DNA of 64,000 nucleotides from an uncultured delta proteobacterium (GTDB lineage Bacteria > Myxococcota_A > UBA9160 > SZUA-336): NCBI GenBank assembly GCA_963704165.1, contig CAVPHD010000005.1, positions 1 through 64,000 on the forward strand, in the 5' to 3' direction. Positions within the stretch are counted from its first letter, which is position 1, and each line of letters starts with the position of its first letter. The notes under the pieces are model-generated. The model had not been told where the DNA came from. It saw nothing but the letters and a program-made list of their open reading frames with translations, and searched no databases. The position numbers and the translations under genes are program-made. Of this stretch, positions 36,721 through 45,149 are shown one piece after another.

Positions 36721-37689
36721 ATGTCGGAATTCGAGCTGAGCTTTTGCGCGCGAGGGCGGATCGCCGAGCGAGCCAGCCTGGAGCTGCGTGGGACCGGGGG
36801 ACTCTTGCGAACGCGGGGTGTGACGCGGACGCGAATTCCCAGCAGTCGAACGGTCTTCGAGATCTCGGCCCGGAGCGAATCCTCGATCTCTCTCGACGTC
36901 GAGCGCCTCGAGGGTCGTTTCGTCCAGACCGCCGACGAGTCGCTGGTGGCCGCGCTCGTCGCGCTCGCGTCCGACCGCTTCGCGGAAGCCCGTCGCAGAC
37001 TCGATGACGACACGGACGCACCCGACGCCGTCTTCCTGGGTGGCGCCTTGGCCTTGCTCGACGGCGATGTCGTCGAGGCGGAGCGCGCCTTCGACGCGGC
37101 GCTGCGCGGATCGCGGCGCCTCGGCCGGGCGCTGCGCAGGTACGGGATCGACGCCCGGCTCTGGTTCGAGCTGACGCCGACGCTGTCGATCTGTGTTCGG
37201 CCGGAACGCGAGAGCCTTCTCTTCGCGCAGGCGCAGCTTCTGCGCGAGCTCGGACGCGAGGAGTCCGCGCAGTCCGCGCTCACCGATCTGCGCCGGCTCG
37301 CGCCGCAGGACATGGTGCTTCGCCTCTGCCTCGCTGATCTTCTGCTCGCCCGAAAGGTCCGCCCGGACGACGCCGCGCGGCGCGTTCTTCGCCTGTCCGA
37401 CAGCGTGACGAACACGTCGACGCTCGCCGCCTCGCTGCTGCTCCTACGCGCGCGCGCGCTTCGTCGACTGGGGCGTTCGGGCGCCGCGTTCGAGCTCTGC
37501 TCGCGCGTCGTCGGTCGTGTGCGCGGCAGACCACGTGCGCTCATCCTCGCGTTCCAGCTCGAGCGGGCCTGCGCGGCGAACGACCTGCGCGACTACGAGA
37601 GCGAACAGCACGTGCTCGGTGAGCTCGCTCGACTCGCGCCGGGCTACGCGGAGTCCAGGAGACCGCTCGATCTCGGGACGCTCTCGTGA
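36721..37689 (+). CDS. hypothetical TPR-like protein, possibly divergent DUF4236/TPR family
   Basis: ATG 36721 after GGGGGGG; Ala/Leu/Arg helical repeats; ends LERA...LAPGYAE. Confidence 0.5.
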   Translation: MSEFELSFCARGRIAERASLELRGTGGLLRTRGVTRTRIPSSRTVFEISARSESSISLDVERLEGRFVQTADESLVAALVALASDRFAEARRRLDDDTDAPDAVFLGGALALLDGDVVEAERAFDAALRGSRRLGRALRRYGIDARLWFELTPTLSICVRPERESLLFAQAQLLRELGREESAQSALTDLRRLAPQDMVLRLCLADLLLARKVRPDDAARRVLRLSDSVTNTSTLAASLLLLRARALRRLGRSGAAFELCSRVVGRVRGRPRALILAFQLERACAANDLRDYESEQHVLGELARLAPGYAESRRPLDLGTLS

Positions 37690-37868
37690 CGAACACGTGG
37701 TGATTCGCGCCGAGCGAAGCCTCGCCCGCGAGGCCGACTGAGTTCATCGCGCTGCGCCGGCTTCCGGATCGCGCGCATCGGCTCGACCGGAGATCCGGCG
37801 ACGGTATCGTTCACGTCGAATTCCGATCGCGAGCTCACCCATCCGGTCGAGCGGCGCGGAGACTGCAC

Positions 37869-39242
37869 ATGGCCGAAGAGTTCGTCCGCAACCCCTGGGA
37901 AGAGCTGCACGAGATCCTCGAGGCGCGCGATGCCGAACGGCTGCACGACTACCTCGAGCAGATCGGTCCCGCCGAAACCGCGCGGGCGATCTCGCGCATG
38001 GATCAGGAGTACCAGACGCGTCTGCTCCTCCTGCTCGAGCCCGCCGACGCCGCGGACCTGATCGAGGACATCCCGGATGTCCAGGCGATCGACCTGATCG
38101 AAGACCTCGAGCCCGCGCGAGCGGCGGCCATCGTCGACGAGATGGACAGCGACCGGCAGGCGGATCTGCTCTCGGAGCTTTCCGTCGCCGAGGCCGAGGC
38201 GATCCTGCAGCAGATGTCTCCGTCGGAGGCCGAGGAAGCGCGCGAGCTGATGGGGCACGCGCGCGACACGGCGGGCGGAATCATGATCAAGGAGTATCTC
38301 GCCTACTCGCGAAGCCAGAGGATTTCGGAGGTCCTCGACGATCTATCGGCGAACCGGGAGAAGTACTCGGGCTTCGACGTGCAGTACATCTTCGTGCTCG
38401 ACGAGCGCCGGCGGCTCGTCGGCGTGCTGCGCATGCGCGACCTGCTCTTCCCCGAGCGGACCTCGACGCTCGATCAGCTGATGGTTCGCGACCCGCTCAC
38501 GCTCTCGGTACGCGCGCCGGTCGGCGCGATCGTCGAGTTCTTCGATCAGCACCGCCTCTACGGCGTACCCGTCGTCGATGACGAGAAGCGGCTCGTCGGC
38601 GTGGTGCTCCCCGAGGACGTCGAGGAGGCCGCGCGCAAGCAGAGCGACCGCGAGTTCCTCGGCGTCACCGGCATCGTCGGTGGTGAGGAGATCCGCACGC
38701 TTCCCCTCCTGCTGCGATCGCGCCGCCGGCTGTCCTGGCTCTCGATCAACGTCGTGCTCAACATCGTGGCCGCGAGCGTGATCGCGTACTACCAGGACAC
38801 GCTCTCGGCGGCGATCGCGCTCGCCGTCTTCCTGCCGATGATCAGCGACATGAGCGGCTGCTCGGGGAATCAGGCCGTGGCGGTCAGCGTGCGCGAGCTC
38901 TCGCTCGGCCTGGTCCGCCCCGAAGAGCTGCGCCACGTCTTCATGAAGGAGAGCAGCCTGGGAATTCTGAACGGGCTCTTTCTGGGTCTCTTGCTCGGGG
39001 GCGCGGCGCTGCTCTGGCAGGGAAGCCCGTGGCTCGGCCTGGTCGTCGGTGGCGCGCTCGCGGTGAACACCGTCGTGGCCGTCTGCCTCGGCGGTCTATT
39101 GCCGCTCGCCCTGAAGCGAATGGGGCTCGATCCGGCACTGGTCTCGGGGCCGCTGCTCACGACGGTGACCGACATGTGCGGCTTCTTCCTGGTGCTCTCC
39201 TCCGCGACGCTGCTGCTTCCGCAGCTGACCGGCGTCGGCTGA
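37869..39242 (+). CDS. mgtE: magnesium transporter MgtE
   Basis: Acidic MgtE_N, DTAGGIM, two CBS domains, RLSWL, FLPMISDMSGCSGNQ, DPALVSGPLLTTVTD. Confidence 0.95.
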   Translation: MAEEFVRNPWEELHEILEARDAERLHDYLEQIGPAETARAISRMDQEYQTRLLLLLEPADAADLIEDIPDVQAIDLIEDLEPARAAAIVDEMDSDRQADLLSELSVAEAEAILQQMSPSEAEEARELMGHARDTAGGIMIKEYLAYSRSQRISEVLDDLSANREKYSGFDVQYIFVLDERRRLVGVLRMRDLLFPERTSTLDQLMVRDPLTLSVRAPVGAIVEFFDQHRLYGVPVVDDEKRLVGVVLPEDVEEAARKQSDREFLGVTGIVGGEEIRTLPLLLRSRRRLSWLSINVVLNIVAASVIAYYQDTLSAAIALAVFLPMISDMSGCSGNQAVAVSVRELSLGLVRPEELRHVFMKESSLGILNGLFLGLLLGGAALLWQGSPWLGLVVGGALAVNTVVAVCLGGLLPLALKRMGLDPALVSGPLLTTVTDMCGFFLVLSSATLLLPQLTGVG

Positions 39243-39253
39243 GGGGGCTCGCT

Positions 39254-40015
39254 TCACATGCCGCCGGTCACCTTGAGAACCTGCCCGGTCACCCAGTTCG
39301 AGGCGGACGAAGCGAAGTAGAGCACCGCGGCGGCGAGGTCAGCGGGTGTCCCGAGTCGCCGCAGGGGCAGGCGCAGGCCCTTCTCGAGCGCGGGGAGGTC
39401 GGAGTCCCGCAGGCCGAGCGATGCCATCGTGACTTCGGTCGGCACCACGCCGGGCGAGACCGCATTGACTCGCACGCGCGGTGCGAGCTCGATCGCGAGC
39501 GTCTGCGTCAGGTTGTTCACGCCGGCCTTGGCAGCGGCGTAGTGTCCACTCCCTGGCATCGGACCGTGCCCGGCCGCAGAGGAGATGTTGACGATCCGGC
39601 CACCCTCGCGAAGGCGCTTCGCGGCAACGACGCTGTTCATCCAGACCGAGGTCAGGTTGAGGTCGATCACGGCGTCCCAGACCTCGCGCGTGATTTCCGT
39701 GAGCGGCGCGCGCACCGGCGAGCCACCGGCGTTGTTGATCCAGACATCCAGGCCGCCGAACTCCTTGACCGCTTGCTCGGCCAGCGCCTCGATCGCCGCT
39801 TGGTCGGTGATGTCGGCCGACACGGCGATCGCAGGCCGACCGGCATCGGTGATGCTTCGGGTGACCTTCTCGACCTCGGCCGTGGCGCAATCCGCCAGCA
39901 CGACCGCAGCACCCGCCTCGGACAGGATGTGCGCGATGCCCTCCCCGATGCCACGCCCCGCGCCCGTGACGACCGCAACCTGACCGGAGAGGTCGAACAG
40001 GCGTGCGATGGACAT
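39254..40015 (-). CDS. SDR-family oxidoreductase
   Basis: VTGAGRGIG, INNAGG, NISS, YAAAK, VNAVSPG, WVTGQ. Confidence 0.93.
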   Translation of the reverse strand: MSIARLFDLSGQVAVVTGAGRGIGEGIAHILSEAGAAVVLADCATAEVEKVTRSITDAGRPAIAVSADITDQAAIEALAEQAVKEFGGLDVWINNAGGSPVRAPLTEITREVWDAVIDLNLTSVWMNSVVAAKRLREGGRIVNISSAAGHGPMPGSGHYAAAKAGVNNLTQTLAIELAPRVRVNAVSPGVVPTEVTMASLGLRDSDLPALEKGLRLPLRRLGTPADLAAAVLYFASSASNWVTGQVLKVTGGM

Positions 40016-40051
40016 GCCTTCACCCCCAAAGAAAAAGATCGACCAATAAGT

Positions 40052-40062
40052 TACCGGCGGTA
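40052..40062. promoter_or_regulatory. candidate TetR operator in the divergent SDR/TetR promoter region
   Basis: TACCG-G-CGGTA palindrome in AT-rich DNA, between TCGACC (40039-40044) and GATAAT (40063-40068). Confidence 0.4.
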
Positions 40063-40110
40063 GATAATTCAACGGATGCCATTCTGCAACTGCACTTGCA
40101 GGCGATCCGG

Positions 40111-40731
40111 ATGAGTACGCGAGGAAAGGTGGAGTCGGGATCGGGGCGAGGACGGGGGCGACCGCCGCTCACCAACCGAGAAGCGCTGCTCGACGCCGCC
40201 GAGATCGCGATACGCCGCGGGGGGCCGGAGGTTTCTCTCGAAGCGATCGCCAGGCAGGCGGGCGTATCCAAGCCGATCCTCTACGCGCACGTCGGCGGCC
40301 GATCGGAGTTCGTGCGTGCGCTCATGGATCGATTGGCGAGCCGAATCCAGACCGCCGCGCTGCGCGCGCTCGCTTCACGCCCCCCGGGACGCGAGGCCGT
40401 GGCGGCGTCTCTTCTGGCGCACATCGCGACGGTCGTGTCGGACCGGCACCTGTACAGCTTCGTGAACGGCGCGGGCGGCGGTCAGACGAGCCCCGAGGAC
40501 TCGGTGCATTTCGCTCGGCACTGGGCAGAGACGGTCGCCACGGGTATCGCGGCGGCGCGGTCCGAGGCGGGCCGCGATCCCGCGGTAGCGCATTCCTGGA
40601 GCTACGCGATTCTCGGCATGCTGCACATGGTCTCGCTCGCCTGGCTGTACGAGCCGGCGTTGGAGCGAGATCCCGCGAAGCTCGCCGCCGAGCTCGCCGA
40701 CCTGATCTGGTTCGGTATCAAGCCGCGATAG
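40111..40731 (+). CDS. TetR/AcrR-family regulator
   Basis: REALLDAA...SLEAIARQAGVSKPILYAH. Confidence 0.92.
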   Translation: MSTRGKVESGSGRGRGRPPLTNREALLDAAEIAIRRGGPEVSLEAIARQAGVSKPILYAHVGGRSEFVRALMDRLASRIQTAALRALASRPPGREAVAASLLAHIATVVSDRHLYSFVNGAGGGQTSPEDSVHFARHWAETVATGIAAARSEAGRDPAVAHSWSYAILGMLHMVSLAWLYEPALERDPAKLAAELADLIWFGIKPR

Positions 40732-40749
40732 CGACACGGAGGTCGGACC

Positions 40750-41709
40750 ATGCTCGAGTGGATGCCGAAGCGCGGCGTGATGAGCGGCGGTCTGCACGAG
40801 GAGATCACCCTGCCGCACGTGGGCGAATGGGACCTCTACCACAATTCCTTCTCGCTCTGTTCCAAGAAGCTGCGCATCTGCATGGCGGAGCTCGGGCTCG
40901 ACTACGAGAGCCATCCGATCGACCTGATCGAGACGGGCCGATATCAGAACCTGAGCCGCGCGTTCCGGGCCGTGAATCCCGCCGCAACGGTGCCGGTGCT
41001 CGTGCATCAGGGGCATCCCGTCTACGAATCGCACGACCAGATCGCCTACGCGGCTCTGCACGCCGCTGCGCGGGGGCGCGAACTGCTGCCCGCGGACCCC
41101 GTAGCACGGGCCCTCGTCGAGCGCTGGGTCGATTGCGCGTCCCTCGTCGGTGACGATCCGACGCGCAACACGCGGGAACGCGCAGGTCACTGCGTTCCCG
41201 GACTCACGATCCCGATCTTCGCGGCGATGGTGCGCCACATCCCGTATCGCAGGATCCTCTACGGTCTGTTCTTTCATCCGAACAAGGAGCGGCCGCTGAT
41301 CTTCGCGGCGCTGAAGGCGCGCGGAATCCACGATCTGCCCGGGTTCAAGGCGGCGATGAAGGTGCTCGTGCGGAGCCGTGAGCACATGGGTGTCCATCTC
41401 GACGCGCTCGGCGCTCAGCTCGAGAGAAGTGGTGGACCGTGGATCGCGGGTGAGAGCTTCACGCTCGCCGATGTGAGCTGGGTGGCGATCCTCGATCGGC
41501 TGGCCGAGGTCGATTGGGACGATCACTTCTTTGGCCACGGCCGCCGACCGATCGTCGCCGGGTACTGGGAACGACTGCAGAAGCGACCGAGCTACGCGCA
41601 GGCGATCGCGGGCCAGCGCTGCACGTTCACCCGTCGCGGCATGGAGGACGTGAAGCGCGCCAAGCGCGAGGACGCCGCGCTGCGCAAAGCGCTCGAAGGC
41701 ACGGCCTGA
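40750..41709 (+). CDS. long glutathione S-transferase-family protein (GDAP1-like insertion)
   Basis: FSLCSKKLR, VNPAATVPVL, YESHDQIAY, long helical insertion, WIAGESFTLADV, RPSY. Confidence 0.82.
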   Translation: MLEWMPKRGVMSGGLHEEITLPHVGEWDLYHNSFSLCSKKLRICMAELGLDYESHPIDLIETGRYQNLSRAFRAVNPAATVPVLVHQGHPVYESHDQIAYAALHAAARGRELLPADPVARALVERWVDCASLVGDDPTRNTRERAGHCVPGLTIPIFAAMVRHIPYRRILYGLFFHPNKERPLIFAALKARGIHDLPGFKAAMKVLVRSREHMGVHLDALGAQLERSGGPWIAGESFTLADVSWVAILDRLAEVDWDDHFFGHGRRPIVAGYWERLQKRPSYAQAIAGQRCTFTRRGMEDVKRAKREDAALRKALEGTA

Positions 41710-41743
41710 GACGAAGCACCGCGGCGCGCGTATGATCGCGTCC

Positions 41744-42775
41744 ATGTTGAAGCCGATTCAGCTCGGCCGGGAATCCGGATTGCGTGTCTCCCGGCTCTGT
41801 CTGGGGACGATGAACCTCGGCGTGCCCGGGCGGGGTCACCAGGGCGACTGGACGCTGGGCATCGACGAGGCGCGTCCGATCTTCAGGGCCGCGATCGACC
41901 GCGGCCTGTTCTACTTCGACTGCGCGGACTTCTACGGGCTCGGATCGTGCGAAGAGGTGGTCGGCAAGCTGCTCTGCGAGCTGCTCCCGCGCGACGAGTA
42001 CGTGCTCGCGACGAAGATCGCGATGCCGATGGGGCGGGGCGCCAACCAGGGCGGGCTCTCTCGCAAGCACGTGATCGAGGGCGTGGATCGCAGCCTCGCG
42101 CGGCTCGGCCACGACTACATCGATCACCTGGTGATTCACCGTCATCCGCACGGCGTCCCCGGCCAGGCGCAGGTCCCGATCGAGGAGACACTCGAGGCGC
42201 TTCACGACGTCGTGAAGGCGGGCAAGGCGCTCTACATCGGCGCGTCGTCGATGTTCGCGTGGCAGTTCGCCGAGCTCCAGCTCACGGCCGAGATGAACGG
42301 CTGGACTCGATTCATCTCGATGCAGAACCACTACAACCTCGTCTACCGCGAGGAGGAGCGCGAGATGAATCCCTACTGCGCGAAGACCGGCGTCGCTCTC
42401 ACGCCGTGGTCGCCGCTCGCGCGCGGGATTCTCGCGGGCTCGTACCGGGGTGGCTTCGATCACGGATCGACCAGTAGATCCAAGGGCGTCGATCGCATGC
42501 GCACGCAGGGTCTCTACACGGGAGCGCGGACCTTCGAGATCGCGGACCGCGTGATCGAGCTGGCCGAGAAGTACGGCAAGTCGCCGGCGCAGATCTCGGT
42601 CGCGTGGCTGCTCTCGAAGCCCGAGGTCCACGCGCCGATCGTCGGCGTCTCGAAGGTCGAGCAGATCGAACAGCTCGTGGCCGCGACGGAGATCATTCTG
42701 GACGCGGCGGACATCGCGTACCTCGAGGAGCTCTACGAGCCGGTGCCGAACCTGCTGTCGCTCGGCTTTTCCTAG
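41744..42775 (+). CDS. aldo/keto reductase
   Basis: GLRVSRLCLGTM, FDCADFYG, LATK, GKALYIGAS, MQNHYNL, PWSPLARG. Start ATG 41744 or 41732. Confidence 0.93.
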   Translation: MLKPIQLGRESGLRVSRLCLGTMNLGVPGRGHQGDWTLGIDEARPIFRAAIDRGLFYFDCADFYGLGSCEEVVGKLLCELLPRDEYVLATKIAMPMGRGANQGGLSRKHVIEGVDRSLARLGHDYIDHLVIHRHPHGVPGQAQVPIEETLEALHDVVKAGKALYIGASSMFAWQFAELQLTAEMNGWTRFISMQNHYNLVYREEEREMNPYCAKTGVALTPWSPLARGILAGSYRGGFDHGSTSRSKGVDRMRTQGLYTGARTFEIADRVIELAEKYGKSPAQISVAWLLSKPEVHAPIVGVSKVEQIEQLVAATEIILDAADIAYLEELYEPVPNLLSLGFS

Positions 42776-43401
42776 CCGCTCCGACGCGCGAGGACGAGGT
42801 CGAGGAGCGCCGCGACACCGAAGAGCGTCAGCCCGAGGAGGAGTCGCGGATCGCCGAGGTAGATCCGCGTCTCGATCGGGAACGCGATCGTCTTCGTGAG
42901 CGCCGCCATCTTGAAGTCGTGGCGTCCGGGCATCTCCGGATTCGAGGCGATCTCCATCAGGCTGCGCCGACTCCGGTAGCGCATCAGCGCCGCGACGTCC
43001 CAGACCTCGGCGCCCTCGATCCCGGCGAGGTCCATCGCCGTGCTGACCGCGATTCCCATCGTCACCGGGTGGCACGCCCGCGTGAAGAGCTGCGGGTACA
43101 TGTGCTCCATGTAGCGATCCATGAGCTGGCTCGCCGATTCCCCGGGCTCGGCTCCGGCAACGTCCGGCGGATCCTCGTTCATGTCGAGAAGGTTGACCAT
43201 CAGGAACTGGCGGCCGGTGTCGGTCTCCATGAAACGGCGGATCCGATCGAGCCCCTCCGGCGGTGCGCCGTTCGCCTCGAGCTTCGCGATGAAGCCCGCG
43301 ATCTCGTCGGGCTGAAGCGGGCCCTTGAAGTCCGTGTACCAGAACACGAACGCGCCATAGATCAGCGCCGAGATTCCCCAGACCCAGATCCGTCGATTCA
43401 T
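42772..43401 (-). CDS. hypothetical membrane-anchored protein with DUF1330-like core
   Basis: N- and C-terminal TMs; FLMVNLL...Y...WDVAALMRYRSRR...K.AAL. Confidence 0.65.
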   Translation of the reverse strand: MNRRIWVWGISALIYGAFVFWYTDFKGPLQPDEIAGFIAKLEANGAPPEGLDRIRRFMETDTGRQFLMVNLLDMNEDPPDVAGAEPGESASQLMDRYMEHMYPQLFTRACHPVTMGIAVSTAMDLAGIEGAEVWDVAALMRYRSRRSLMEIASNPEMPGRHDFKMAALTKTIAFPIETRIYLGDPRLLLGLTLFGVAALLDLVLARRSG

Positions 43402-43469
43402 CGCGCTGCTCCCAAGTGCTTCACGGCGCGCAGGATTATCATCCAACGACGCCAGGGGAGGTAGCCGCA

Positions 43470-45149
43470 TTGGTGAAATGGATCGCCGGACTCGTGCTCT
43501 TCGTCGCGATCGCCGCCGGCGCGCTGATCTTCGCTGGACCGTCGCTCGCTCTCCGCTACCCGGTACTCCTGCGGGTCGCCTCGAGGATCATCGATCCGAT
43601 CGGCCCCAATCAGGAAGTGAGCTGGCAATCGGGACCCGCCCAACCCGCCGCCGATGCGGCGCAGCGGCCCCCGAACATCGTCTTCATCCTCGTCGACGAT
43701 CTGGGCTGGAACGATCTGACCTGGAACGGTGGGGGCTTCGCCGCCGGCAGCGTGCCGACTCCACGCATCGACTCACTCGCCCGAGAGGGCGCGCAGTTCA
43801 CGATGGGCTACGCGGGAAACGCGACGTGCGCGCCGTCCCGCGCCGCGCTCCTGACCGGACGGTATCCGCCGCGTTTCGGCTTCGAATCCACGCCCGCGCC
43901 GTCGTCGATGGGAAGGATCGGGCTCGAGGCGATTGGACCGGAGATTCCGGAAGGCCGACCGCGCTCGATCTACCACGAGGACCGCGTGTCCGAGGTCCCG
44001 CCGATGTGGAAGCAGGGGGTTCCCGGCTCCGAGATCACGATCGCCGAGCTTCTGCAATCGCACGGATACCGGACATTGATGCTCGGCAAGTGGCACCTCG
44101 GGGCGACCGCCGGCCAGCTCCCGACCGATCAGGGCTTCGACGAGTTCCTCGGCTTCTACGACGGCGCTTCGCTGTACGGCGACGAGGACGATCCGGCGAT
44201 CGTCAGCGCGCGGCAGGAGTTCGATCCGATCGACGTGTTCATCTGGAAGCTGCTTCCGTTCGCGGTTCGCAAGGACGCGGGAAAGCGCTTCACGCCGGAC
44301 GCGTACATGACCGACTACTTGTCGGCGGAGGCCGTGAAGGCGATCGGTGCGAATCGCGATCGGCCGTTCTTCCTGTACCTCGCCTACAACGCGCCGCACA
44401 CACCGCTGCAGGCGACGAAGGCCGACTACGACGCGCTCGCGCACATCGACGATTACGCGCAGCGCGTCTACGGCGCGATGCTGCGTTCGCTCGACCGCGG
44501 CGTCGGCCAGGTGCTCGACGCTCTGCGCTCGAACGGACTCGAGGAGAACACGCTGGTCGTGTTCTCGAGCGACAACGGCGGCGCGCACTACGTGGGCATC
44601 CCGGGTCTCAATGAGCCGTACCGTGGCTGGAAGATGACGTTCTTCGAGGGCGGACTTCACTCGCCGTTCTTCGTGAAGTGGCCGGCGCGGATTCCCGCGG
44701 GAACACGCAGCGCCACGCCCGTCTCGCACATCGATCTCTTCACCACCGCCGCATCCGCTGCGCGCGTGCCGCTTCCCGACGACCGAGTGATCGATGGCGC
44801 CGATCTCGTTCCGTTCGCAGCGGGCGAGAGATCCGGCGACGCGCACGAGGCGCTCTTCTGGCGCTCGGGCGATCTTCGGACCGTCCTTTCGGGCGGCTGG
44901 AAGTTGACCGTCGATGGCCGGCAGAAGAAGCGCTGGCTCTTCGACCTCGAAACCGATCCGACGGAGCGGATCGATCGCTCCGAGGAGAAGCCCGAGATCG
45001 CGAGCGCCCTCGCCGCGAAGCTCGACGCGCACGACCGCGAGATCGGCCCGCGAAGCTTCCCCGTGCTGGTGGAGGCCGTCATCCCGATCGATCGGACGAT
45101 TCTCGGGCCGTGGGTTCCGGGCGAGGACTTCAACTACTGGCCGAACTAG
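43470..45149 (+). CDS. formylglycine-dependent sulfatase
   Basis: PNIVFILVDDLG, CAPSRAALLTGRY, GKWHLG, YNAPHTP, SSDNGG, FEGG; GGAGG 8 nt before TTG 43470. Confidence 0.93.
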   Translation: MVKWIAGLVLFVAIAAGALIFAGPSLALRYPVLLRVASRIIDPIGPNQEVSWQSGPAQPAADAAQRPPNIVFILVDDLGWNDLTWNGGGFAAGSVPTPRIDSLAREGAQFTMGYAGNATCAPSRAALLTGRYPPRFGFESTPAPSSMGRIGLEAIGPEIPEGRPRSIYHEDRVSEVPPMWKQGVPGSEITIAELLQSHGYRTLMLGKWHLGATAGQLPTDQGFDEFLGFYDGASLYGDEDDPAIVSARQEFDPIDVFIWKLLPFAVRKDAGKRFTPDAYMTDYLSAEAVKAIGANRDRPFFLYLAYNAPHTPLQATKADYDALAHIDDYAQRVYGAMLRSLDRGVGQVLDALRSNGLEENTLVVFSSDNGGAHYVGIPGLNEPYRGWKMTFFEGGLHSPFFVKWPARIPAGTRSATPVSHIDLFTTAASAARVPLPDDRVIDGADLVPFAAGERSGDAHEALFWRSGDLRTVLSGGWKLTVDGRQKKRWLFDLETDPTERIDRSEEKPEIASALAAKLDAHDREIGPRSFPVLVEAVIPIDRTILGPWVPGEDFNYWPN

